The notes under the pieces were generated by a model. That model did no database searches. It was not told the DNA's origin and saw only the letters and a list, made by a program, of their open reading frames with translations. Source: a virus. From it: 64,000 bases of DNA. This document shows, one piece after another, positions 46,546-56,193 of the stretch. Position numbers and translations under genes: made by a program. How positions within the stretch are numbered: position 1 is the stretch's first letter; each line of letters opens with the position of its first letter. The DNA lies in the IMG/VR virus record IMGVR_UViG_3300017991_000003, positions 32,001 to 96,000 of that record; one strand, written 5' to 3'.

Positions 46546-47354
46546 TGACTGACAACATCCGAATCCAGACGGTCGACGGAGAGCGGTGGATCCGCACCTC
46601 CGAGATCGGCGGGGTCCACCACCCACACCACATCGCGCGCCTGTCCGACGGCTTGGGCGTGGTGTACAGTCCGGGCTATCCCGTCCCGGTCTCGATCTTT
46701 TCCGCAGATGGGTCGGCAACCATTACGCTTAGCGGCGGCGACCTAGCTGTTGGTCTGGACCATACCGAGGACTCGATCACGATCTGGGCGCACACCAACG
46801 CGGCGGGCTCCGGCAGCCCTGTCGCTGTCGTGGTCGACACCGATGGCCACCTCCAGGTCGACGTGCTCTCGAGCGATTGGCCGCAGCAACCTTTCGACGA
46901 ACCGGTACCAGCTGAGTACTCCGGCATGGTTATGCTCGGGGTCCAGACGGGTAGCCCTGAAGCACAAGCCACGGATGGCGCCTTCGCGCCCTTCCAGTTT
47001 GACAAGCAGGGTCGCCTGATCGTATCGATCGACCAGTCCTACCAAGGCGGGGCCTTGAAGCTGGTATCGGCCACCAAGACGAGCCCGTTCGTCGTGTGGG
47101 AGGATGATGTGCCCGCCTCTCTCCACTATGTCGACGTCTATCGTTGTTCTGGAACGTACACAATTGGCCTCCCTTCTCCCGCTGATCCCGCGGCAGCGGA
47201 TGGCCGAGTAGTCTGGATCAAGAACATAGGCACAGGCATGCTTACACTGAGTCCTGAAGGCGGGACCCTTGAGCTCAAAGCGGGGCTACTGCTAGCTAGC
47301 CGATCCTCTATCACCTTGCGCTCCAACACTGTAGACGACTGGGAGATTCTCTAA
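46545..47354 (+). CDS. Second fibre-like protein sharing the N-terminal domain of the 41633 fibre
   Basis: Residues 1-130 align by eye with the fibre N-terminus (shared HHxxRLxDG, YxPGxPVPVSI, DPxGHLQ blocks); ATG overlaps upstream stop. Confidence 0.6.
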   Translation: MTDNIRIQTVDGERWIRTSEIGGVHHPHHIARLSDGLGVVYSPGYPVPVSIFSADGSATITLSGGDLAVGLDHTEDSITIWAHTNAAGSGSPVAVVVDTDGHLQVDVLSSDWPQQPFDEPVPAEYSGMVMLGVQTGSPEAQATDGAFAPFQFDKQGRLIVSIDQSYQGGALKLVSATKTSPFVVWEDDVPASLHYVDVYRCSGTYTIGLPSPADPAAADGRVVWIKNIGTGMLTLSPEGGTLELKAGLLLASRSSITLRSNTVDDWEIL

Positions 47355-48127
47355 TGACGTTCCTACCGCTCGACACAGACTATTACGCCGCCGTCGAGGC
47401 AGGCGAGGTTCCAGGTGCGACCCTGCTCAACAAGTTTGGCAGGGCGGAGATCGGGACATCGTTGACGCCTATCAGTCGGGAGCTGGTCTACCAGACCCCT
47501 ACAACGGCCACAGTGCTGGAGTTTGTATCGGATGATGCCAACGATACGAGCGCAGGGACTGGGGCTCGGGAGATCTCGATCATTGGCCTGAACTCCTCGT
47601 GGGAGGAGGTGATGCAGACCGTCACAACAAACGGGACAACAGCGGTAGCCCTCTCGACCCCGCTAATCAGGATGTATCGGTGGTACGTGACGAAGTCCGG
47701 AACCTACGCCACGTCATCAACGGGATCACATGCCGGGACGCTGACTATCCAAGAATCTGGTGGCGGCACGGTGTGGTCGTCAATCGGCGTAACACCCTTC
47801 CCCACCGGGCAGTCCCAAATCGGGATCACGACCATCCCCATCGGTAAAAGAGGCGTCCTGCTGTCTACTCACGTGTTCGTTGACACGTCTAAGAGTGTTG
47901 ATCTGTACCTGTTTCAGCGGCCTAACGCGGACGTCGTTACAGCGCCCTACACAGGAGCGATGCGCGTTGTTCGAGAGTTCCAGGGTGTCACAGGCCCGAT
48001 TACCTACGTTCCCCGCGGAGGGGCCGGCGCATTCGTCGGGCCTTGTGATATCGGGTTTATGGGCCAGGTAACAGTTGGCACGGCCGCTGTGTCCTGCGAC
48101 TTCGAGCTGCTTCTGCTAGATCTTTAG
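47354..48127 (+). CDS. Beta-rich tail fibre-associated protein
   Basis: 257-aa ORF; ATG overlaps upstream stop (TAATG). Confidence 0.6.
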   Translation: MTFLPLDTDYYAAVEAGEVPGATLLNKFGRAEIGTSLTPISRELVYQTPTTATVLEFVSDDANDTSAGTGAREISIIGLNSSWEEVMQTVTTNGTTAVALSTPLIRMYRWYVTKSGTYATSSTGSHAGTLTIQESGGGTVWSSIGVTPFPTGQSQIGITTIPIGKRGVLLSTHVFVDTSKSVDLYLFQRPNADVVTAPYTGAMRVVREFQGVTGPITYVPRGGAGAFVGPCDIGFMGQVTVGTAAVSCDFELLLLDL

Positions 48128-48129
48128 GT

Positions 48130-48164
48130 AAAAAAGAGGAGAGTAGCGAGCCGCTGCCCTCCTC
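48130..48164 (-). terminator. Putative intrinsic terminator for the minus-strand block
   Basis: Stem GAGGAG 48136-48141 / CTCCTC 48159-48164 with nested stem; on the minus strand it is followed by CUUUUUU. Confidence 0.4.
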
Positions 48165-48208
48165 CACACCGTGGGTCATCACCCCCTAGGATCCTCCCCG
48201 CAGTGTCG

Positions 48209-49174
48209 CTAGATCTGGTACGCGTCCAGCGGCGTGCCGCGGGTCATCCCCAGCCTGAAGCCAGCCGCCTTCGCGTGACCGCCACCGGAGATGGCGATGC
48301 CGCGGTCGAACAAGTCGCGCGCGACGGCCGAGACGTCGATGTCGTTGTCTGCGTGAGTGCGGAGACTGACGATAAGCTGATTGGTATCTCGATCAATGCG
48401 CCAGTTGCCCACAATCGCATCGCCCATCTTGTTGTAGAGAAGCTCAGCAGCCTCAGAGATGTAACGATCCTCAGGAGCCAACCACATCTGGTACCCGCCG
48501 ATCTCGTACAGCGAGACGTTGTAGTTGCTCTCGGCTGCTTGCTTGTAGATGTGCCGGCGGATGCCTCGACCCTCGGCCACAAGCCGGTCCCGGCCATCCG
48601 GGCAATCAAGACTTTGGTTGAGCATGTCCCAGTTCTCCCAGTGCCGGGGATAGCTCTGGATAGCAGCGGCAATCTCCTCAGTGTCCGGAAGCTCCTTCAG
48701 CCATAGATCACGATCACGGATGTACTCGATGAGCGGGGTCGAGTGCTCGAAGAGCAGACGATTTGTCAAAGACGCTCCGCACTCCTCCATGTCGAACACG
48801 GCGAAGTCCCGGCATCCGCTGAGCGCATCCTTGGCGGTCTTGTGGTGATCGATGACCACCAGGTTCTTCATGCGCTCGAGCCAAGCGAGCAGGACATCAC
48901 GGCCCCAAGAGAAGTCCACGATGATGATCTGCCAACCATCCGGGACCTCTGGCACGGTGCCGTCGTAGTTGACTCCGCTGAAAGTCAGCTGGGTCTTACC
49001 GTCCCACAACGTATCGAACCCCTTGCAGAGATCCGTGAAGCCGTGGGCCATGAACCACTTGCGAACAAGCCACGCAGCCGTGAAGCCATCGGAGCAGGGG
49101 TCGTGATAGAACACGACTGTCGGGACGTCCAGGAGGATGCGGACGCCAGGCTCACTTCGGGGCTTGATAGACAT
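48209..49174 (-). CDS. DHH-family phosphoesterase (NrnA/RecJ-like)
   Basis: Motif I YHDPCSDG, DHH motif VVIDHHK, DHHA1 GGGHAKAAGF. Confidence 0.65.
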   Translation of the reverse strand: MSIKPRSEPGVRILLDVPTVVFYHDPCSDGFTAAWLVRKWFMAHGFTDLCKGFDTLWDGKTQLTFSGVNYDGTVPEVPDGWQIIIVDFSWGRDVLLAWLERMKNLVVIDHHKTAKDALSGCRDFAVFDMEECGASLTNRLLFEHSTPLIEYIRDRDLWLKELPDTEEIAAAIQSYPRHWENWDMLNQSLDCPDGRDRLVAEGRGIRRHIYKQAAESNYNVSLYEIGGYQMWLAPEDRYISEAAELLYNKMGDAIVGNWRIDRDTNQLIVSLRTHADNDIDVSAVARDLFDRGIAISGGGHAKAAGFRLGMTRGTPLDAYQI

Positions 49175-49562
49175 GAGGAAGTTTCTCGAGGATGAGGTAG
49201 ATGTCGCCAGCGTCCCAGGCAGCGGGATCGGTGAGGGCCTTGAGTACCTGAGTAGACGCCTTCAAATCATCCGGCGCGTAGGGGTCGCCGGTCTTGGCGT
49301 TCGACCACATTTTGGGCGTCAGTCGAAGCGGGCCGGCCCCAACCGGGGAGGACGCAATGTCGCCGCGGTACAGGAGCACGCTGATGACGTAAGCGATCTC
49401 TTGATCATCGAGGTGCTGATCCTCGACAACCTCGGAGGGCATCGACTTCGTCAGCTTGGGACTCACGTAGGTACTGAACAGGTCCCAGGACACGAAGCCG
49501 AGGAACCCGACAAGCAGGAGCGCTACTACGGTAGCGGTAACCCTAGCGATGAAGGTTTTCAT
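49152..49562 (-). CDS. Secreted or membrane-anchored protein (N-terminal signal/TM)
   Basis: Start at MKTFIARVTATVVALLLVGFLGFV; adjacent to the lysozyme-like gene. Confidence 0.5.
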   Translation of the reverse strand: MKTFIARVTATVVALLLVGFLGFVSWDLFSTYVSPKLTKSMPSEVVEDQHLDDQEIAYVISVLLYRGDIASSPVGAGPLRLTPKMWSNAKTGDPYAPDDLKASTQVLKALTDPAAWDAGDIYLILEKLPHVYQAPK

Positions 49563-50106
49563 GGTAAGCGCGGACACGGGTCCAGAAGGGGATGGTGGAG
49601 ACCCGGGTCATGCCCATGGGTCCTCCGTTATGAATTCGAGCGATGGTCTCCAAGTCTCGAGCTGCCCAAGCCTCGGGGACCCAGCGAAGCATGTAGGCTT
49701 TGACGACCTGAGCTCCCATGGGGTAGATGCGGCAGAGCTCGTAGTCATCCGGGATACTTGGATCCTGCTCGCGAGCATCCTGCCAGTAGGCGCGGCTGAT
49801 CTGAAAGGGGCCGATTGATGTTCCGCCGCCCCCATCCGGCGGGTCGTACTGGCCGTCGGTCTCGGCAAGCCAGATCAGCTCGAGGACCTGCTCTTCGGTG
49901 AGTACAGGCTCTGCCGGAGCCGGGACACGGTCGGCCGCTTCAACGCCTGCGGCAGCACCATCCTTGAAGCCTTGGTCGTAGGCCAGGCCGCTGTCCTTGC
50001 GGTAGTTGTACGCGGTGATTGACGCACTCAGCACCACCAGGATGGCGGTGACGAGAAACCACGCGACCCAATCGCGGGTGTGGTTGGTGAATGGTTGAGT
50101 AGTCAT
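49543..50106 (-). CDS. Lysozyme-like protein (destabilase-like signature) with N-terminal TM anchor
   Basis: Start set at internal Met; TM helix WVAWFLVTAILVVLSASITAY; SIGPFQISRAYWQDA resembles the GxFQI...YW.D lysozyme core. Confidence 0.45.
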   Translation of the reverse strand: MTTQPFTNHTRDWVAWFLVTAILVVLSASITAYNYRKDSGLAYDQGFKDGAAAGVEAADRVPAPAEPVLTEEQVLELIWLAETDGQYDPPDGGGGTSIGPFQISRAYWQDAREQDPSIPDDYELCRIYPMGAQVVKAYMLRWVPEAWAARDLETIARIHNGGPMGMTRVSTIPFWTRVRAYHENLHR

Positions 50107-50198
50107 GCTGGTTCTCTGGGTGGTTGTTACAAGACGTTTGTAGCCAAGGGACTTATGACCGATAGGAGACCCGAGCTGAGCACCCGGATCCCCTGTGG

Positions 50199-51593
50199 CT
50201 AGTAGGCAGCCTGACCACCGCTGCTCGCCATGTCCTGGACAGGGCCGAGCTGCGCGAACCGCATGTCGTAGAGATCCCATTGAACACGATAGGGTTGGTC
50301 GACCGCACCGTCTCGGACCTTGCCGAGCTTCATGTCGATGACGCGGGCGTTGTTACCGGCATCCTTCGGCGGTACCAGGAAGACGAGGTTGTTGGAGTCG
50401 TGCGAGATGCTCTGGCTGAAAGCCACAGCATCAGCGTTCGACCGGGCCAGCGTGCCTTCATTTCGGCGCAGCTGCGTGGCCAGCATGTAGTGACGGTTGG
50501 ACATCAGCGTATGCAGACGCATCTGCCGCATGTTGCCCTCCACCTTCTGCCAGCGCTCCTTACCAGGGCCCTCCATGTAGTAGAAGCCGTCGATCAAGAC
50601 CAGGTCCGCGCCAAACTCCTCAGCCTGTGCGGCAACCTGATCAGGAGTCGTAGCCTGGTTAGGGCCCACGATGCGCAGGTTCTCACCAACGCGAGCGTGC
50701 GGCCCGTCTGCTTTCAGGCTACGCAATGCCTCGAAGTAGGCCGCCTTCTCCACGTCACTTAGCTTCTGCTTCATGAGGCGGTTGAAGCTAGTGCTCGAGA
50801 GCACCGCGGCTTGGCGTCGAGCCACATCGATGGGTGCCATCTCCAGACTGACGATCAAGACCCGAGCGCGGGCGGCGTCCTTCTGCTCCTGCGTCCACGC
50901 CGGGATGTCGGGTGGGCGGTGGAAGATGTAGGGATCTCCCAGGAGGCCGGCGGCACTGTTGAGCACGATGAACCAAGTCTTGCCGAGGCCGGTAGGAGCC
51001 ACACAGCTGGTGATCTGCGCAGGGTGCCAGCCCCCAAGCTGTTCCTGAATGAACAGGAACGGACAAGGGATGCCGAGCTTCACGCCGGCCAGCCGATCGT
51101 TGTAGTCCTGCTCGAGATCCTCAGCGTACTCTCGGAAGTCCTTGATCTCCGTCTTGTGTGCCGAGTACCTAGCTTGCAACGTATGAGCGTACAAGGACAT
51201 CGCGTCCTTGATGTCGAACGGGTCGGTGCGCTCGGTCAGCTGCTTGTGAAGATCCTGAAGGCTCTCTAGCACATCTACACGCACCGCCTCCTTAGCGACT
51301 TCGTCGTAGAGAACCGAGATGCTCGCTTCCGGGATCTCAGTACCAGCCAAGATCGTGGGAAGCTCAGGCCAGGCGCGCTGCGCCGTGTCAGGCGTAGGAA
51401 GCTCGTTGTACTGTGCTCGGTACCCGACGACCCACTCGATGATCTCCGTCATCGGCTCTTGAAAGAACCCGGGGTTGAGTCCGTTCTTGGCGACGTGGTG
51501 GTCGAAGGCGGCTAGGTTCCGGTCACTCAGGATCTTGGTCAGGAAGAGAGCCTCGACCCTGTCTCGAGAGTTGACGTTGGTGAACCCGGTCAC
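50199..51593 (-). CDS. DnaB-like replicative DNA helicase
   Basis: Walker A APTGLGKT, SLEM motif VLIVSLEM, LVLIDGFYYM and LATQLRRNEG segments. Confidence 0.75.
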   Translation of the reverse strand: MTGFTNVNSRDRVEALFLTKILSDRNLAAFDHHVAKNGLNPGFFQEPMTEIIEWVVGYRAQYNELPTPDTAQRAWPELPTILAGTEIPEASISVLYDEVAKEAVRVDVLESLQDLHKQLTERTDPFDIKDAMSLYAHTLQARYSAHKTEIKDFREYAEDLEQDYNDRLAGVKLGIPCPFLFIQEQLGGWHPAQITSCVAPTGLGKTWFIVLNSAAGLLGDPYIFHRPPDIPAWTQEQKDAARARVLIVSLEMAPIDVARRQAAVLSSTSFNRLMKQKLSDVEKAAYFEALRSLKADGPHARVGENLRIVGPNQATTPDQVAAQAEEFGADLVLIDGFYYMEGPGKERWQKVEGNMRQMRLHTLMSNRHYMLATQLRRNEGTLARSNADAVAFSQSISHDSNNLVFLVPPKDAGNNARVIDMKLGKVRDGAVDQPYRVQWDLYDMRFAQLGPVQDMASSGGQAAY

Positions 51594-52159
51594 TGGTATA
51601 GCCCCAGCTCAATAGCTGTTCGGTACTCGCGATGCACCGGATAGGTCTCGATCACCTCTCTCGGGCAGATCACTAGCGTGACCTTGTTTGCAACTGATAG
51701 GCGCGGTGTGAGGATGCCTGACACACTTCGACAGAACCTATCAGAGACGTCGTACGGCGGGAGACCTGTCAGGACGGCGAAAGGACAAGCACGGAGCTCT
51801 TCCCACATGGTCAGCTCAGCGTTTTCGATGCGCGGCTGGTCACGGATAATGGCTCGCTCGGCTGCCGCAATGTCACACCAGAGCAGCCAGTCAGCCCGCC
51901 ACCGGTAGAGCGCGTACAGGGTCTTGAGATCGGCTAGAAACTCGGCATCAAGCTCGACGGCGTGGACGTATCCAGGCTGTTTTGCTAGCCGCGGTTCCCA
52001 ACGTTCTTGCTCAGCCGGGGTAGGTTCGGGCAGATCTTGGAGGGCCTGGATGACGGGAGCAGGGAACCCGTAGTCCGCCAACCAATCAGAGCCAGTCCCT
52101 CTGATCCTCTTCAAGTTGTCGCAGACCCCGTGGTCCGCGGGCCAGATTCGATAGCTCAT
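51590..52159 (-). CDS. Hypothetical protein
   Basis: 189-aa ORF; GTGA overlap with the helicase start. Confidence 0.5.
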   Translation of the reverse strand: MSYRIWPADHGVCDNLKRIRGTGSDWLADYGFPAPVIQALQDLPEPTPAEQERWEPRLAKQPGYVHAVELDAEFLADLKTLYALYRWRADWLLWCDIAAAERAIIRDQPRIENAELTMWEELRACPFAVLTGLPPYDVSDRFCRSVSGILTPRLSVANKVTLVICPREVIETYPVHREYRTAIELGLYQ

Positions 52160-52394
52160 ACTGATCGTCGGTGTAGGAGTCGTATAGCTGCTTGATCACC
52201 GGCTCGGTAGCGATGATCCGGTCGAGCCGCTCACATTGAAAATCGGACAGCGCTTTCAAGGCGACGAGGAGCTCGAGCACCTCGAGGCGACTCTGGAGCA
52301 GCACGAACTTGTGCGTGGGGTCCTGAGTACGCAGCGCCTCGTGTTCGAGATGCTCGAGCTCCGTCAAGAGCTCAAAGGGATCGAGCTGGGTCAT
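52086..52394 (-). CDS. Hypothetical small acidic protein
   Basis: 102-aa ORF; overlaps downstream gene by 74 nt, so one start is wrong. Confidence 0.4.
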   Translation of the reverse strand: MTQLDPFELLTELEHLEHEALRTQDPTHKFVLLQSRLEVLELLVALKALSDFQCERLDRIIATEPVIKQLYDSYTDDQYELSNLARGPRGLRQLEEDQRDWL

Positions 52395-52711
52395 GTCGTG
52401 ACTTGTCGGGTCTTCACGGGAGGGCCGGCTCGCATGCCTTTGTAGCGGCGCTTCGGAGTCACCTTATTGCGCCGTCTACGTTCCCGCTCTCGAGCCTCCC
52501 GAGTACGGGCAGCGCGCTGAGCCTGAATCCGACGCAACGCATCATCGGCAAGACAGGCTGCACACCAGCCCTCTTTACCGTGATCGCTCAGGTCCGAACA
52601 GATGCTTCCGCCTTGGGACCACATCTCAGAGCAACCAAGGCTCCGGATGCGGACTAGCGCATCGCGCCAGACCCGCTCATCCGCATCCGGGCTTGAGAGC
52701 TGTCTAGGCAT
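52391..52711 (-). CDS. Hypothetical small protein with basic C-terminus
   Basis: Start set at internal Met 2 nt after the upstream gene stop; contains CSEM...CSD...CAAC. Confidence 0.45.
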   Translation of the reverse strand: MPRQLSSPDADERVWRDALVRIRSLGCSEMWSQGGSICSDLSDHGKEGWCAACLADDALRRIQAQRAARTREARERERRRRNKVTPKRRYKGMRAGPPVKTRQVTT

Positions 52712-53924
52712 CGGACTCAGCCGGTGCCACCTCTTCAGGGGCCTCGGCCTCCGTGGGCTCCTCGGTCGGCTCTTCCTGGCACTGGGGGCCAGTGTCAGAG
52801 ATGGCCTCGCGATCGAGCTCGAGCCGGCCTTCGAAGAGCTTGTAGAGCGCCACATCGCTCTCCGCGCCAGCCAGGCCGGGCGCGTCCTCGAACACACCGT
52901 AGGTGTTCAGCGACACCGGCCCCTTCGGGTCCGGCTGCTGGATCGTCCAGCTCTTGCCGCCCATGATCAGGCCCTGGCCGGTGCGGATGGCCACACTGAC
53001 CGTGATACCCTGAGGCTGCTGGGCAGCTTCCTGCATGTCGATCACGCTTCCCGAGCGCTCCAGCGGACCCAACTGGGTCAGGAACAGGGCGTAAGCGTCG
53101 ATGCGGTCGATCTCACGGCGCAGAACATCGAGGCGATAGGCGTCGCTGTTGACGTTGCACTCGGTCAGGTTCATCAGGACCGTGACCTCCGGGCCGGCGA
53201 TCACGGCGATCATCGGCAGGGGAGCGGTGCGGTTCTGGATCATGGCCAGGCGGTTGGGCTGCTCCAGGATCCGGCCGATACCGAGGGTCACGGGCCTGTC
53301 GAGGTCCTTGTGCTCGTGGTCAGCCCACTGGAAGCGCGTCAGACCCTTAGCGTAGTTCGGGTCCAAACCCAGGCGGACGGTCGGCAGCTCCAGGAAGGGG
53401 CAGCCGTAGTCCACCCAGCGCGCCGGCTGGCAGTTGGCGATGGCGACGATCTCGGGGCGGGCCGAAGTGCCTAGGAAGGCGGGGAGCATGGCCTCGATGT
53501 CCCCCATGGCGCGGCTGTACAGGGAGCCTTGGGTGATGACGTCGCGGCTCATCACCACGGACTCGCCGGGGGTCGGCCGGCGCACGGTCACGGTGAAGGG
53601 CTCCTGCGCCGTGTTGAGCTGCAAGGGCAGCACACCCCCCAGCCGGCGGCAGACGCTGCGCAGGAGGGACGTGGATTGGGTGCTGTGACGGAAGCGCAGG
53701 TCTTCGAACTCGAAGTAGGACTCGGCTAGATCGGTGTCGACATCACCGGTCATCCGGGAGCAGCCGTTGAAGACCTCGATACGGAGCTCGTTGATGTCGT
53801 CAGCCATCTTGGCGATCTCCGAGAGCGACTGCTTCTCGGGATCGGTGAGGTCGATGACTTGGTCGACCTCGAAGGTGCGGCCGTTGATCAGAAACGTGTT
53901 GGGGGTTAGCTGTGCGGTGAGCAT
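52704..53924 (-). CDS. Hypothetical protein with acidic C-terminal tail
   Basis: 406-aa ORF; C-terminal EEPTEEPTEAEAPEE. Confidence 0.55.
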   Translation of the reverse strand: MLTAQLTPNTFLINGRTFEVDQVIDLTDPEKQSLSEIAKMADDINELRIEVFNGCSRMTGDVDTDLAESYFEFEDLRFRHSTQSTSLLRSVCRRLGGVLPLQLNTAQEPFTVTVRRPTPGESVVMSRDVITQGSLYSRAMGDIEAMLPAFLGTSARPEIVAIANCQPARWVDYGCPFLELPTVRLGLDPNYAKGLTRFQWADHEHKDLDRPVTLGIGRILEQPNRLAMIQNRTAPLPMIAVIAGPEVTVLMNLTECNVNSDAYRLDVLRREIDRIDAYALFLTQLGPLERSGSVIDMQEAAQQPQGITVSVAIRTGQGLIMGGKSWTIQQPDPKGPVSLNTYGVFEDAPGLAGAESDVALYKLFEGRLELDREAISDTGPQCQEEPTEEPTEAEAPEEVAPAESDA

Positions 53925-53980
53925 GGGCGTTCAGGGGGTTGCGGGTGTGTCGCTGATTGTTGACAGACGGCAGGCTGCTG

Positions 53981-55402
53981 TCAAGGGTTGGGGATGCCTC
54001 GGCGAGCGGCTGTGTACAGCGTGTCGAAGGCCTCGCCCCGGAGCTTGTAGGACGCCATGATGACGTCGCCTTTCCCGGTCGGAGGTGTCTTGTAGGACCT
54101 GAGAGCCTTGACGGCCAGCTCGAGGACCTCGGGCTCGTCGACCCACTCAGGGTAGATGTCCAGGACGCCGTTACGGATCATCGCGTCATGATCCTCGGTC
54201 GAGACAGGAGCGGCGTTGATGTACTCCATGTCGGACATCACGTGGTTGCGCAGCCAGGGGAAGATGTTGTTCCAGGCGGCGGTCCAGTAGGCAGGGATGA
54301 AACCGACGTCTTGGCACCTCTGAGGGCGCATGAAGTCCTTCCAGTCCCGGATCCAGACCTTCAGGAAGACGGCCTGCTGCTGGTTGGTCCTGATCCCCGA
54401 GCTGGCTAGGAGCTCGCGGAACTGGTTCATGATCTGGGTCGTACGGGCGATGGAGTGGGCTAGGCGACCGTTGGGGAGGGTCTCGTTGAACAGGCACTTG
54501 ATCCCTGAGGCCTTACAGGCTGCTCGGATCATGCGGACGAAGTCCATGGACTTCCAGCGATCGACGTGGGAGAGGTCGAGGGGATCGACTCGCTCAGCCG
54601 GCTTGGGGTGGGCTGGGTCCTCCTGAGGGGCCCTGTACTTGGACAGGGTCTGCTTGGACTTCTTCTTGACCCGGTCATCCTGACGGGCCTTCTCCTCGCT
54701 GTAGGCGGACCCACTGGTCACGTCTTGGATGCGCTTCTTCGGGGCCCTATCCCTTCGGGTCATATCCCCCTCCTGAGGGCTTGGCGGGTCCTCCCGCCTC
54801 GACGAGGAATGCGAAGCATTCCGAGGAGAGTCAGAGTCCTTGTAGGACTCTTCCTCGTAAGGGCGGAAGCCGGCTTCACCCTGCTGGCGGCCCCTAGAAG
54901 CGGGGTCACCCCCCGCCGCGGCCACGGTACCGGCCTTGGCCGCCTCCGGGCAGTGCTCCTGTACCCAGGGGTCGTCTCGGTACCTGGCCCACAGTGCTCG
55001 CCAGCACCTGTGGGTGATCGTTCGGGGCCGGAGCTTGACCACTAGGTCCAGCGTGATCGGGACCGGCACGAGCAGGCTCGAGGCCCGGACGCGGTGGGTC
55101 CGATGAAGCAGGCCCACCTCCACAAGCCGGTTCAGGATCGTACGGATCTGCCGGCTCGACAGGTCGCAGACGTCTCCGAGCACACGCGCGGACGCCGAGC
55201 AGATCCCGTTACTGGACGCCTCCGCGAAGGAGACCACCTCCTGATAGACAAAAACCTCGGTCTTGGTGAGGACCGAGGAGCGTCTGACAGCCTTGGACAT
55301 CCGGTCGTAGCCGGAGACCTCCGGGGAGGGGGGCAAAATAATCGCATTTCCCTTAGCAGAAGGGACTTGCGTTCTACCAGTCTCGTGTCCTAGACTACTC
55401 AT
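53981..55402 (-). CDS. Helix-turn-helix domain protein (candidate replication initiator or regulator)
   Basis: N-terminal winged-helix-like segment (SSRQIRTILNRLVEVGLLHR); 473 aa. Confidence 0.55.
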   Translation of the reverse strand: MSSLGHETGRTQVPSAKGNAIILPPSPEVSGYDRMSKAVRRSSVLTKTEVFVYQEVVSFAEASSNGICSASARVLGDVCDLSSRQIRTILNRLVEVGLLHRTHRVRASSLLVPVPITLDLVVKLRPRTITHRCWRALWARYRDDPWVQEHCPEAAKAGTVAAAGGDPASRGRQQGEAGFRPYEEESYKDSDSPRNASHSSSRREDPPSPQEGDMTRRDRAPKKRIQDVTSGSAYSEEKARQDDRVKKKSKQTLSKYRAPQEDPAHPKPAERVDPLDLSHVDRWKSMDFVRMIRAACKASGIKCLFNETLPNGRLAHSIARTTQIMNQFRELLASSGIRTNQQQAVFLKVWIRDWKDFMRPQRCQDVGFIPAYWTAAWNNIFPWLRNHVMSDMEYINAAPVSTEDHDAMIRNGVLDIYPEWVDEPEVLELAVKALRSYKTPPTGKGDVIMASYKLRGEAFDTLYTAARRGIPNP

Positions 55403-55461
55403 GTCGAATGACTACTCGGCGTTGTGACCCAGGGCGCATACACCTTCAGGGTCATGAATAT

Positions 55462-55499
55462 GCGGGTGCCCGCCTTGTGCGGGCCCCGCTTCTTTTTTT
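55462..55499 (+). terminator. Intrinsic-terminator-like hairpin plus T-run oriented on the plus strand
   Basis: GCGGG-T-GCCCGC-CTTGT-GCGGGC-CCCGC followed by TTCTTTTTTT at 55490-55499. Confidence 0.35.
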
Positions 55500-55563
55500 G
55501 GGTACCCCGCACCCTACGCGGTCCTGGGGACCGTTTCAAGGTGCGGGGCTCCACAAATCGCAT

Positions 55564-56193
55564 CTAGCCGTCCGTCGTTACCCAGGTGGTCGTCCAGTTA
55601 CCAGCTCCGGCGTCCGGCCCTGTGTAGGTCACCTGCATCACCTGGTCCGTCGTGAGGTCGACCCTCTGCACGTTTGGTTGCGGCTGGGGCCGGGGCTCCT
55701 CGTAGGTGAAGCGGCTCCAGAACTGATCCTCGTCGATAGCCTTCAGCTCGTTTGAGCGCCGGCGGATATCGACCGTACCTGGAGCTAGCTTGAATAGTGA
55801 GACGTGGAAAGTGCCTAGGAGCTCTGTCGCATTGGCCTCTTGGAGTTGCTCGTGACCGTCCAGGTGCCGGAACGGGTACCACCTGTCCGTGACGCCCTGC
55901 ATCCTGCCTCCGATGTCCGAGAAGTGCGGGTAGTCTCGCATGCACGCATTGAAGATACGCTTCCACCATCGGGAGGAGTAGAGCGGATTGGTGCGAGCTC
56001 CGATATCTCGGCCCCTGAGGTGCTCTTCAATGTGTTGGAGGACCCTGAAGACGACAGCGCGGTGATCGCGATCCGTCGGGCCTCGAGAGCGCAGGGTGCG
56101 GAGCGGGAACGTGGCTACGTGAATGCTCTGCTCCTGGAGGTGGCGGGTGTTCGTGATGTGGAGGACCTGGATAGGGCGGGGCCGGCGACTCAT
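55564..56193 (-). CDS. Hypothetical protein
   Basis: Start at internal Met giving ATGA overlap (56190-56193) with upstream gene. Confidence 0.5.
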   Translation of the reverse strand: MSRRPRPIQVLHITNTRHLQEQSIHVATFPLRTLRSRGPTDRDHRAVVFRVLQHIEEHLRGRDIGARTNPLYSSRWWKRIFNACMRDYPHFSDIGGRMQGVTDRWYPFRHLDGHEQLQEANATELLGTFHVSLFKLAPGTVDIRRRSNELKAIDEDQFWSRFTYEEPRPQPQPNVQRVDLTTDQVMQVTYTGPDAGAGNWTTTWVTTDG

